A stretch of DNA of 64,000 nucleotides. Source: Polyangiales bacterium. GTDB taxonomy: Bacteria; Myxococcota_A; Polyangia; Polyangiales; Polyangiaceae. The DNA is taken from positions 44,841-108,840 of the forward strand of contig JBBRLQ010000027.1 in the NCBI GenBank assembly GCA_038231275.1, read 5' to 3'. This document shows positions 50,378 through 58,795 of this stretch, in pieces. Below the pieces are notes generated by a model, which had not been told where the DNA came from, did no database searches, and worked only from the letters and a program-made list of their open reading frames with translations. Both the position numbers and the translations under genes were made by a program. Within the stretch, counting starts at the first letter, position 1. The number at the start of each line of letters is the position of its first letter.

Positions 50378-51760
50378 ATGAGGGGCTCCGCGTGGAGGAC
50401 CGGCGTACGTTTCGCGGGGATCGCCCTCGCGCTCGCCCTCGCGCTTTCGAGCGCGCGCGTGGCGGCAGCACCGCGCGTGGTCGTCGTGTGGGTGGAGGGA
50501 CCGGACGCGGAGAAGGCCAGAGCCCAGGCCGCCGCGCAGCTCGGCGCGGATTTCACGGTCGTCGATCCGGCGGCGTGGCTCGCGGCGCTCGCGAAGGAAG
50601 GGGCAAAACCGCCTTTTTCGGCGATTGTTCGTGACCCACGAAAGCGCGGGAAGCTGATGTCCCAGGCGCGGAAGGCTGCCCGCGCCGTCAACGCCGAGGA
50701 CGTCGTGTTCGTGACGACGAGCGGCAAGCGCAAGGCGGAGAAGGCGGACGTCCTCGTGGTGGATGTCGCGGACACCGCGAGCGAAGCGCACGTTTCGCTC
50801 GCGGCGGAGGACGCGCTCGCGAGCGCCGTCGCGGGAGAGCTCGCAAGGGCGCACCCCGCGAGCGCCAAGCCCTCTCCCGCCACGCCACCGCCCGCGGATC
50901 CGACCACGACGTCGACCGCGACCACGACCTCGACCGCGACCCCGACCGCGACCCCGACCCCGACCCCGACCGCGACCCCGACCGCGACCGCGACCTCCGA
51001 CGTGACGCCCGATCGCCCCTCCGCGGCCACCCCGCGACCGCGTCACGTCGTCGGCACCGACCTCTTCGACGTCTCCCTCGGCCTCGAAGCGGGGCATCGT
51101 CACTTCCGGTACAACGACGGCCTCACCTCGAACCTGCGCAGCTACAACCTCGCCGTCGCTCCGCTCTTCTCGATCGCCGCGTCCGTGCACCCCTTCGCCG
51201 ATGCGTCCTCGCCGATCTTGGCCGGGATCGGCGTCTTCGGTGACTACGCGCGTGCGTTCGCGCTGTCGTCGTCGTCGTCGAGCGGCGGCGGTGTCGACAC
51301 GGCGTTCTGGCGCTTCGACGTCGGCGCGGGTCTCCGCGTTCGCGCTGGGGGAGAGAAGGCGCCGGTCTTGGGCCTCTCCGGCGCGTACGGACAGGAAACG
51401 TTCACGCTGACCTCCGCGGATCTCGCGACGACGGCGCCGTCCGCGTCGTACCGCTTCGTCCGGGTAGGCGCAGACGCGCGCATCCCCATCGGCCCCGCCG
51501 CGATCGTGGCCGGATTCGGCTACCGCTTCGTCCTCAGCGCAGGGGACGTGGCGGGACGCTTCACCGGCGCGTCCGTCGGCGGAGTCGACGCCGAGCTCGG
51601 AGGCGCGCTCGCTGTCGCTGCAGGCCTCGAGGTGCGCCTCACCGCGAGCTACCGCCGCTTCTTCTACACGCTCCACCCGGTCCCGGGCGACGCGTACGTC
51701 GCGGGCGGCGCGCTCGACGAGCTCATGGGACTGAACGCGAGCGTGGCCTATGTCTTTTGA
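50378..51760 (+). CDS. Hypothetical outer-membrane beta-barrel protein with Thr/Pro linker
   Basis: Signal peptide; (TP/TA)n linker; amphipathic strands; terminal YVF. Confidence 0.65.
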   Translation: MRGSAWRTGVRFAGIALALALALSSARVAAAPRVVVVWVEGPDAEKARAQAAAQLGADFTVVDPAAWLAALAKEGAKPPFSAIVRDPRKRGKLMSQARKAARAVNAEDVVFVTTSGKRKAEKADVLVVDVADTASEAHVSLAAEDALASAVAGELARAHPASAKPSPATPPPADPTTTSTATTTSTATPTATPTPTPTATPTATATSDVTPDRPSAATPRPRHVVGTDLFDVSLGLEAGHRHFRYNDGLTSNLRSYNLAVAPLFSIAASVHPFADASSPILAGIGVFGDYARAFALSSSSSSGGGVDTAFWRFDVGAGLRVRAGGEKAPVLGLSGAYGQETFTLTSADLATTAPSASYRFVRVGADARIPIGPAAIVAGFGYRFVLSAGDVAGRFTGASVGGVDAELGGALAVAAGLEVRLTASYRRFFYTLHPVPGDAYVAGGALDELMGLNASVAYVF

Positions 51761-52232
51761 CGTCCGCCCGTTCGTCGTGACGCTCGCGCTCGGCCCGGTC
51801 GGTGTGCTCGCCGGCTGTCCGGGGACGCTCGCCAACCCCGATGCGTTTCGCGACGCCGGCGAAGCGGCCGAGGCGGCGCCAACCGAAGCTGGCCCCACGT
51901 GCCCCGACGTCCCCACTACGATCCTCGCGCCGCAGTGCGGGACCGCGGGGTGCCACGCGGCGACGAGCCCGGCGGCCTCGCTCGATCTCGTCTCCCCCGA
52001 CGCGTTCGCACGGATGTCCGGCAAGAACGCGATCGGCGGCGCCGGCGCGCTCGTCGATCCAGGGCGCGATCCGGACAAGAGCATCTTCTACGAGAAGCTC
52101 CTCGCGACGCCTCCGTTCGGGGCGCGCATGCCCCAAGTCGGGCCGCTCTCCGACGCGTCCCTCGCGTGCGTCGCCGCGTGGATCCGCAGCGGCGGAGCGA
52201 GCGGCTCCCCCGGCGACGCCTCCGCGAAGTAG
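51750..52232 (+). CDS. Small lipoprotein, cytochrome c-like (CX4CH ... RMP)
   Basis: LAGC lipobox; CGTAGCH; PG.PDKS..YEKL; GARMP. Confidence 0.65.
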   Translation: MSFDVRPFVVTLALGPVGVLAGCPGTLANPDAFRDAGEAAEAAPTEAGPTCPDVPTTILAPQCGTAGCHAATSPAASLDLVSPDAFARMSGKNAIGGAGALVDPGRDPDKSIFYEKLLATPPFGARMPQVGPLSDASLACVAAWIRSGGASGSPGDASAK

Positions 52233-52254
52233 CGCTGTCCGATCTCTCGATCTG

Positions 52255-53703
52255 TCAGACCAAGAGCTGCGCGTACTGACCGTCGGCCAAGCTCGAGTGG
52301 CCGAAGTGCGTGTACGGCTGTCCGTTGTTCTTCGCGCCGCACGCGTTGAGCAGCGTCGTGAGGAGCAAATTGTGCCCCGCGCTGTCGTCGCCCAAAATCA
52401 TGTTGCCCTTGAAGTTGCCATTCGAGTCGGTGGACGGCGCGGGCGCGCTCTTCGTGAGGTTCACGTACTGCCCGGTCTTGAGCGCGCCGCCCGCGCCGCC
52501 CGCGATGACGACGGGGAGGTCGTGGTACTGGTGGTAGTCGCCGTCGGAGAGCTCGTTGATCCAGAGCACCGCGCTGTTGTCGAGCACGCTGTTGGCGCCC
52601 TCTTTGTACGCGTCGAGCTTGTCGAGCAGGTACTTCATCTGCGTCGCGTGCCACGTGTCGATCTGGAACAGCATGTCCATGAAGCCGGCGATCGGCGATC
52701 CGAGGCCGCTGCCGCTGCCGCCGTGCGAGATGGCGTGGTGATTGAACGCGAAGTTCATCCCGTCCCACTTGAACACCGGGCCGCCTGAACCGCGGCCCCA
52801 GAGGATCGACGCGACGTTGCTGCGGTTGCACGCGACCGCGAGCGTGAGGATGTCCATCGTCAGCTGCCCGAGCGCTTTGAAGTTGGCGTCGTCACCGACG
52901 GTCTTCGGGTTAATCGCGCCGGTCGCGGAGGCGAGCTCGGGCGCGATCGTGCACGAAAGACCGCTCGCGCCGTTCTCCGCAGCACGGAGGTTCGTGAGGT
53001 GCATGTCGAGCTTCTGCTGGTCCGCCGCGGAGAGGCCCTTGCGCTTGAGCGCCGCGAGGTCGGTGCTGACGAGGTCGAGGACGCTCTGGCGTCGCGCGTT
53101 CACCATCGCCTGCGTCTTGGTGTCGGCGGTCGCGAGCCCGAGGCTGTCCAAGAGAAGCTTGGGGTTGTTCTGGCCCTTCACCGGCGCGTTGGGGCCGCTG
53201 TACGAGATGATCCCGAGATCGTCGGAGCCCTGCGTGCCGACGGACGCGGTCAGCGCAGAGACGCCGGCAGGGTTGAGGCTCTTGGCCATCTCCTGATCGA
53301 CCGAGATGCCCGTCGGGTACCCGGTGACGTCGGCCGACGACTTCGGCTGCGCCGTGAGCTTGTGCGCCATGCCGACCTGATGATCGCAGCCCATCGTGAC
53401 GGGCGACTGCATGTAGCCCTTTGGCTCGGTGTGGAGGCCGCGCGGAATGAGGAGGCGGCTCGCGTACGGCGCAAGCGGCGCGAGCGCGGTCCCGGCACCA
53501 AACGAAGCCGCGGTGAGCGGACCGAAGCCGCCCGTCGGGAAGAACTTGTCCATGTTGACGCCGTTGCACTGGAAAAAGCAGATGAACCGCTTCGACACCG
53601 GCGGCGGCGTGCCCGCGCGGACGCCGCGCATCTCGATGCTCTCCAGGAAAGGCAGCGCGAGGACGACCCCGCCGATGCCACGAAGGAATGCGCGTCGATG
53701 CAT
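52255..53703 (-). CDS. DUF1552 family protein (Tat-exported)
   Basis: HRRAFLRG..G..LALPFLES; SVDQ; SVLD; KLD.HL..LR; SVLDNS; PVVIAGGAGG. Confidence 0.85.
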   Translation of the reverse strand: MHRRAFLRGIGGVVLALPFLESIEMRGVRAGTPPPVSKRFICFFQCNGVNMDKFFPTGGFGPLTAASFGAGTALAPLAPYASRLLIPRGLHTEPKGYMQSPVTMGCDHQVGMAHKLTAQPKSSADVTGYPTGISVDQEMAKSLNPAGVSALTASVGTQGSDDLGIISYSGPNAPVKGQNNPKLLLDSLGLATADTKTQAMVNARRQSVLDLVSTDLAALKRKGLSAADQQKLDMHLTNLRAAENGASGLSCTIAPELASATGAINPKTVGDDANFKALGQLTMDILTLAVACNRSNVASILWGRGSGGPVFKWDGMNFAFNHHAISHGGSGSGLGSPIAGFMDMLFQIDTWHATQMKYLLDKLDAYKEGANSVLDNSAVLWINELSDGDYHQYHDLPVVIAGGAGGALKTGQYVNLTKSAPAPSTDSNGNFKGNMILGDDSAGHNLLLTTLLNACGAKNNGQPYTHFGHSSLADGQYAQLLV

Positions 53704-53705
53704 GA

Positions 53706-55391
53706 CTAGCTCCCGTCTCCGGGTCGGAACAAGAACGACCGCGTCTGCGTCAGGTCGAGGATGAAGCTCTGGACGTCGTAGGCCGGGTCCGCCAGCTTCG
53801 TGGTGAACGCGTCGATGACCGGCGTGTCGGCGGTCGCCTCCTGGTGGGCGTAGGCGTACCGCATCCAGTTCGTGACGAAGCAGCGGCGCGCCTGCGTGCT
53901 CGCGGCGAGCTTGTGGGCGAAGTCGACGGCGTCGGTGAACGAAACGTCGGCGCCGTCCATGCGGATCGTCGCTGCCGCATCGACCGGAGCGCCGTTGTCT
54001 TGATCGCGCCACGCGCCGATGCCGTCGTAGTGCTCGAACGCGAAGCCGCCCGGGTTGATGATCGACGTATGGCAGCCGTTGCATGGCGCGCCCGCGGTGT
54101 GCGCGGCGACGCGATCGCGCGTGGTCTTCAGCGTCGCGCTCGGCGGCGGGATCGTCGGGTTGACGCCGGGCGGCGGCGGCGGGATCTGGTTGCAGAGCAG
54201 CTGGCGCTGGATGAAGACGCCGCGGTGAATCGGCGAGTCACCGTCCGCGTACGCGTGCGAGGCCAGGAACCCGACCTGCGTGAGGTACCCGGCTCGCTGC
54301 GCGGGGTTCAGCTGCACCTTCTGCAGATCCTTGGTGAAGGTGCCCTGGACTCCGTAGATTTTCGCCGTGTCGGAGTTCACGAAGGTGTACGGCGCCGTCA
54401 TCAGCGCGCTGAATCCGCCCTTGTCGTCGAAGACGACGGAGCTGACGAACTGCGTCGCCTCGAGCTGCAGCGTCGCGCCGGTGTCGGCGGAAAATCCCGG
54501 GTAGGTCGCCGGATTCTTGGTGAGGTAGTTGGTCGCGTAGCGACTGAGCTGGAGCCACTGCGAATGAAAATCGGCGATCGTCTCGCGCGCCCGCGGATCG
54601 GCGAGGAGGCGGAGCGCCTGCGCGCGCACCTGGTCGAACGTGTGCATCTGCCCGGCGTCCGCGGCAGCGGCGAGCGAGTCGTCGGGCATCGTGTTCCAGA
54701 GGAGGTAGGACGTGCGCGACGCCACCTCGTAGTCGCTCAGTGGGATCGCGCCGTCGGCGGCCTTCGTCTGACCGAGCTCGGCGCGGTAGAGGAAATACGG
54801 AGACTGGAGCATCGACTCGATGACGAACTGCACGCCGTTGTCGAACGCGTTGGTCCCTGCGTACGACGCGGCCGCTTTGGTGAAGCCGGCGAGATACGCG
54901 GCGGTCTCCGCGTCCTCGAGCGGACGGCGGAACGCGCGCCGGCCGAACTTCTGGATGAACTCTTTGGCGCACGCCGAGCCGTCGCCGGCGGGCGTGCACG
55001 TCACGAGCTTCGCGAGCGACTTGGTGACGGCGCCGGCCGCGAGCGCCTCTGCCGACTGCTGGTACTGCTGAACGAGCACGTCGCTCGCGGTGAGCCCGTC
55101 GGCGTTGTTGTCGTACCCGGCGAAGCTCGAGTCCGCGAGAAAGGAGAGCGACGGCGGCGTGTCCGGCGTGTACCGCAAGAGGTCCGCGACCGTGTTGTCG
55201 TATTGTTTGTGGGTCAGTCGGGCGATGCGCGTGAGGGGGCCGGTGACCGCGGCGGTGGGGCCGCCGACCCCGGGGCCGCCAGGATCCCCAGGGATGCCTT
55301 GCCCCGTGGATCCGCCGCCGTCGCCGACGGTGCCGACGCACGCGGCGACGACGACCAACGGCGCGAGCACTCCAAGCGTGCTGAGTTTCAC
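53706..55391 (-). CDS. DUF1592/DUF1588/DUF1595-type multidomain protein (PSCyt/PSD family)
   Basis: RLTHKQYDNTVADLL, FGRRAFRRPL, LQSPYFLYRAE, YEVASR.SY.LW.TMPD, SPIHRGVFI, CNGCH, GFAFEHYDGIG.WR. Confidence 0.88.
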   Translation of the reverse strand: MKLSTLGVLAPLVVVAACVGTVGDGGGSTGQGIPGDPGGPGVGGPTAAVTGPLTRIARLTHKQYDNTVADLLRYTPDTPPSLSFLADSSFAGYDNNADGLTASDVLVQQYQQSAEALAAGAVTKSLAKLVTCTPAGDGSACAKEFIQKFGRRAFRRPLEDAETAAYLAGFTKAAASYAGTNAFDNGVQFVIESMLQSPYFLYRAELGQTKAADGAIPLSDYEVASRTSYLLWNTMPDDSLAAAADAGQMHTFDQVRAQALRLLADPRARETIADFHSQWLQLSRYATNYLTKNPATYPGFSADTGATLQLEATQFVSSVVFDDKGGFSALMTAPYTFVNSDTAKIYGVQGTFTKDLQKVQLNPAQRAGYLTQVGFLASHAYADGDSPIHRGVFIQRQLLCNQIPPPPPGVNPTIPPPSATLKTTRDRVAAHTAGAPCNGCHTSIINPGGFAFEHYDGIGAWRDQDNGAPVDAAATIRMDGADVSFTDAVDFAHKLAASTQARRCFVTNWMRYAYAHQEATADTPVIDAFTTKLADPAYDVQSFILDLTQTRSFLFRPGDGS

Positions 55392-55553
55392 GGGCCTCTC
55401 CTCTTCATGCGTCCTCGGAGCGCCGGGTGGATCTCGACGGCTCCATGTGCTGCAACTCGCGACAACTGCCTACGCGAACGAAATCGCGCCGACGAGCGAC
55501 GCTGCTGACGGAGGCACACGCCATACCGAAGGGTTGGAAGCCACGAAGAAACT

Positions 55554-56027
55554 TCACCCGAGGAGCGCCTTGCGCCGGGCGAGGCTCTCCGCCGGCCAGA
55601 GCGCAGTGCGATCGTAGTACTCCTCGAACGCGGGCGTATTGGGCGGCAGCACGATCCACGGCTGCTTCGTCGACGTGAAGATGTGGACGTCGGGCGGCAA
55701 GTCGCCGGGCGTGTCGAGCGTGCCGATGCGGACGAAGCGGACCTTGTCGCCGGCCCCCGCGTAGTTGCTCCATAGGGCGATCGAGCACGTCGGGCAGCGG
55801 GCGATCTTCTGACCCTTCCCGCTGTTCGACGGCGTGGCGAAGACCTGCGGCTCGCCTTGCAGCAAGACGACGCGATCGGCCTCCATCATCGCGTTGAGAG
55901 CGAACGATGCGCCGGTCTCGCGCTGGCACCACGTGCAATGGCAGCAATGGACGAAGATTGGTCGGCTCGTGAGCCGGTAGCGAACGGCGCGGCACGTGCA
56001 GCCGCCTTCGAGAAAGGAATCGCTCAT
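55554..56027 (-). CDS. GFA (glutathione-dependent formaldehyde-activating) family protein
   Basis: GGCTCRAVRY, CHCTWCQR, CPTC, HIFT..KQPW. Confidence 0.9.
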   Translation of the reverse strand: MSDSFLEGGCTCRAVRYRLTSRPIFVHCCHCTWCQRETGASFALNAMMEADRVVLLQGEPQVFATPSNSGKGQKIARCPTCSIALWSNYAGAGDKVRFVRIGTLDTPGDLPPDVHIFTSTKQPWIVLPPNTPAFEEYYDRTALWPAESLARRKALLG

Positions 56028-56072
56028 ACGAGAGACGATAGACCGAAGGCGGCGCGCGTGAAATTGCGCGCG

Positions 56073-56798
56073 TCAGCGCCGCGCGGAGAGGCCATACTTT
56101 TTCTTCGCGGCCTTGATCGCGCGCGCGAGGAGCTCCTCTTCGTCGACGCTCTGCAGCGGCTCGTCCTCGGCCGACGCGGAGCCGCAGTAGCCGTCCCACG
56201 CGCAACGGACGCCCTCGCGACAGTCGGCGTCGAAATGGCACGCGCCGCGGCGAACCGCGTAGGCCGGGCAACCCGGAAACTCGGGAGGGCAGTCGGAGGG
56301 ATCGTGGCAACGAATCGGCAGCGCGCCACCGGAGATCGCGTGCGGTCCTTCGGGGAGCGCGCCCACGATCGTCGCGACGTGCGGCCACTCCGGCGAGCCG
56401 CTGCCGACGACGGCCTCGCCGGACGGATCGAGCGCGAGGAAAAAGTAGCGCGTGTCGCCGGTCACCGTGGAGACCTCGCGGCACGAGACCTCGCCCTCCC
56501 ACGTCTGGCCATCGCGCGCGAGCTCCATCGTGCTCCATCCGCGCGAGCCCCAGGTGTGAAAGAAGACGAGGACGCGATCGGCGCCGTAGCGCGACGGAAG
56601 CCGAACGCGAAGGGGCAGCGGCGTCAGGATCTCCTGCTGGGTGACGTACTCGACGACGGGCGCCGGCACTTCTTGCCGCGGCGTCGCGGGCGGGCGACCG
56701 CAGCCCGCGAGGAGCGCGCCGACAAGGGCCAGGGGGATGGGGGAGAAGAGGCCGAGAAGGGCGCGGAGGCCCTTCGAATGAAGGTGGTAATTAAGCAT
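56073..56798 (-). CDS. Hypothetical lipoprotein, partial paralog of 1145-2839
   Basis: LAGC lipobox; DCPPEFPGC motif and Cys-rich tail. Confidence 0.7.
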   Translation of the reverse strand: MLNYHLHSKGLRALLGLFSPIPLALVGALLAGCGRPPATPRQEVPAPVVEYVTQQEILTPLPLRVRLPSRYGADRVLVFFHTWGSRGWSTMELARDGQTWEGEVSCREVSTVTGDTRYFFLALDPSGEAVVGSGSPEWPHVATIVGALPEGPHAISGGALPIRCHDPSDCPPEFPGCPAYAVRRGACHFDADCREGVRCAWDGYCGSASAEDEPLQSVDEEELLARAIKAAKKKYGLSARR

Positions 56799-56810
56799 GA
56801 CCCCTCATAG

Positions 56811-58130
56811 ATGGCCCGGAATCGAGCTTCTGGCACGGACGCGGGCGATTTTTTCCGGCATGGCGGGAGCTGGTACCCTCCACCCGACGCCATGTTGGAT
56901 CCGCGAGCCGCGCGCGCAACCCTCGGCGACTCGCACAATTTCGGGCGACGCGTGTCGATGCGCGGGCGGCGGGTGCACAAACCTCGCACGCTCGTGTGGG
57001 AGTGGCTGCTCCTCTCGGCGGAGAGCCCCCTGCGGCGGCTGCTCGACGAAGCGGCGTCGCGGGATGGGCTGGGACGCGACGCGTTCGGGTTCTTGCCCGA
57101 GCTCAAATTCTTCCCGGCGCGGCCCGAGGCCGACGGCGAGGTGGAGCGCGTCGTGCTGGAGCCGCTGCCCCCGCCGTCACGCGATCGCAGACACGCCCTC
57201 GCGAAGATCGTGGGACGCGCGATCGCGCTCTTCAGCTGGCTCGGGGTCTCGGATCTGCACTGGGAGAACCTCGTGCTGGGGATCGATCGTCGCGGTCACG
57301 TGGTCTTCGCGCCACTCGACGTCGAGATGATCCTCTCGGACCTCGCGCTGCCGACGGAGACGAAGCTGGTGCCCGACGCCGATCCGGAGGTCGCGGCGAT
57401 CTGTCGGCACGCGTGCGGCGTCCGGCGCGTCCTGCCGTACCTCGGCAAGCCCGTCGCCGCGGCGGATCTGGTCGCGCTCGTCGCGGCGTACGGCCGCACG
57501 CTCGCTTTTTTCGACACTCACGCGCGGAAGATCGCCGACGTGATCGCGCACCTGCCCGCACTTCGGGAGACGCCCATTCGTGTATGCCTGCGTGGAACGG
57601 ACGAGTACGTCCTCGCGCGCACGAGTTCGGGTCACGCGCTCTGGCCACCGTTGCTCGAGGAAGAGGTGGAGCAGCTGGCTCGCGGGGACATCCCGTATTT
57701 CTTCCGCTTGTACGGCCGCCGAGGCATTCACTACTACGCCGAGGCGACGCTCCGCCGGCTCGGGAGGCTTCCTCTCGAAGGCGACACGCCGCAGCTCGAG
57801 CCGCTCCTTGGTCTGTCGCGCGGCCTTCGCTCGCCGTCGCGGAGGAGCTTGCGCGAGGAGGGGCTCTTCACGCTGATCGGAGCCTTCGACCATCCGTCGC
57901 TGACCGGCACGCACGAGAGCGAAGGGCTCGAGATCACGTTCATGGCTCGAACGCTGGTCGTGAAGCAGCAAGAGGAGCTGCGTTCGACTCGGAACCTGAG
58001 CGCGTTCGTCGGCAGCGTCTACTTGCCATGCCGCTGCGGGGAGGTGCGCACCGTCTTCGTCCCCGAGAAGACCATTTGCGAGGCGGGATCCGCCCGATTC
58101 TCGCGTGCACGGCCCAAAGAGAAGTGGTAA
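56811..58130 (+). CDS. Stand-alone LanM-type dehydratase domain (DUF4135-like)
   Basis: GDSH..G..V, KPR, SDLHWEN, LDVE, RVCLRGT..Y, EQLARGDIPYF in LanM order; no LanC cyclase domain; start may be 56892. Confidence 0.8.
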   Translation: MARNRASGTDAGDFFRHGGSWYPPPDAMLDPRAARATLGDSHNFGRRVSMRGRRVHKPRTLVWEWLLLSAESPLRRLLDEAASRDGLGRDAFGFLPELKFFPARPEADGEVERVVLEPLPPPSRDRRHALAKIVGRAIALFSWLGVSDLHWENLVLGIDRRGHVVFAPLDVEMILSDLALPTETKLVPDADPEVAAICRHACGVRRVLPYLGKPVAAADLVALVAAYGRTLAFFDTHARKIADVIAHLPALRETPIRVCLRGTDEYVLARTSSGHALWPPLLEEEVEQLARGDIPYFFRLYGRRGIHYYAEATLRRLGRLPLEGDTPQLEPLLGLSRGLRSPSRRSLREEGLFTLIGAFDHPSLTGTHESEGLEITFMARTLVVKQQEELRSTRNLSAFVGSVYLPCRCGEVRTVFVPEKTICEAGSARFSRARPKEKW

Positions 58131-58795
58131 CTCGCGAAGCTGTGACGGGTTCCTCTTGTGAGACGTGCCGGCGCCCGACCGTCGCGTGCGTGTGCGATCG
58201 CATCGTGCCGTACCCGACCGAGCGGCGAATCCTCATCTTGCAGCATCCCCAAGAGCAGGACGCGCTCCTCGGGTCCGCGCAGATCCTCGTTGCGAGCCTC
58301 CCGAAGGCGAAGCTCGTCGTCGGGCTCAGCTGGCGCGGTCTGGCGCACGCGCTCCGCGAAGAAGACGTCGACGTCGCGAAATGGGCGGTCCTGTTCCCCG
58401 ATCGCGAGTCGGAAGGCGATCAGGTCGCGGCGCGAGGCGGCGTCACCCTCGCGCCGAACGAGCTGCATGGCATCGTGGTGCTCGACGGGACGTGGTCCAA
58501 GGCCAAGACGTTGTGGTGGCGCAATCCTTGGCTCTCCAAGATGAACCGCATCACGCTCAAGCCCACCAAGCCGTCCATCTACGGCAAGCTCCGCGCGGAG
58601 CCGCGGCGCGATTTCGTCTCGACGCTCGAGTCCGTCGCGGGCGCGCTCACGCTCTGCGGCGAGTCTCCGGAGATCGAGGTCGGCCTCTCGCGCGTCTTCC
58701 GCACACTCGTGCAGCGCGTCCGCGACGCGAACATTCCGACGGCCGCGCGACGGTTGCCGCGCGCTACCCGCCCTCCGCGGACGCCCGAGTCTTAG
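58124..58795 (+). CDS. DTW-domain tRNA-uridine aminocarboxypropyltransferase (TapT-like)
   Basis: CETCRRP...CVC, ILQHPQE, VLDGTWSKAK, STLES; start 58124 or 58142. Confidence 0.88.
   Translation: MVTREAVTGSSCETCRRPTVACVCDRIVPYPTERRILILQHPQEQDALLGSAQILVASLPKAKLVVGLSWRGLAHALREEDVDVAKWAVLFPDRESEGDQVAARGGVTLAPNELHGIVVLDGTWSKAKTLWWRNPWLSKMNRITLKPTKPSIYGKLRAEPRRDFVSTLESVAGALTLCGESPEIEVGLSRVFRTLVQRVRDANIPTAARRLPRATRPPRTPES

Noticed and set aside
55554..58795. Complete lanthipeptide biosynthetic cluster
   Set aside because: No cyclase, precursor, LanT/LanP or immunity genes visible in the window.
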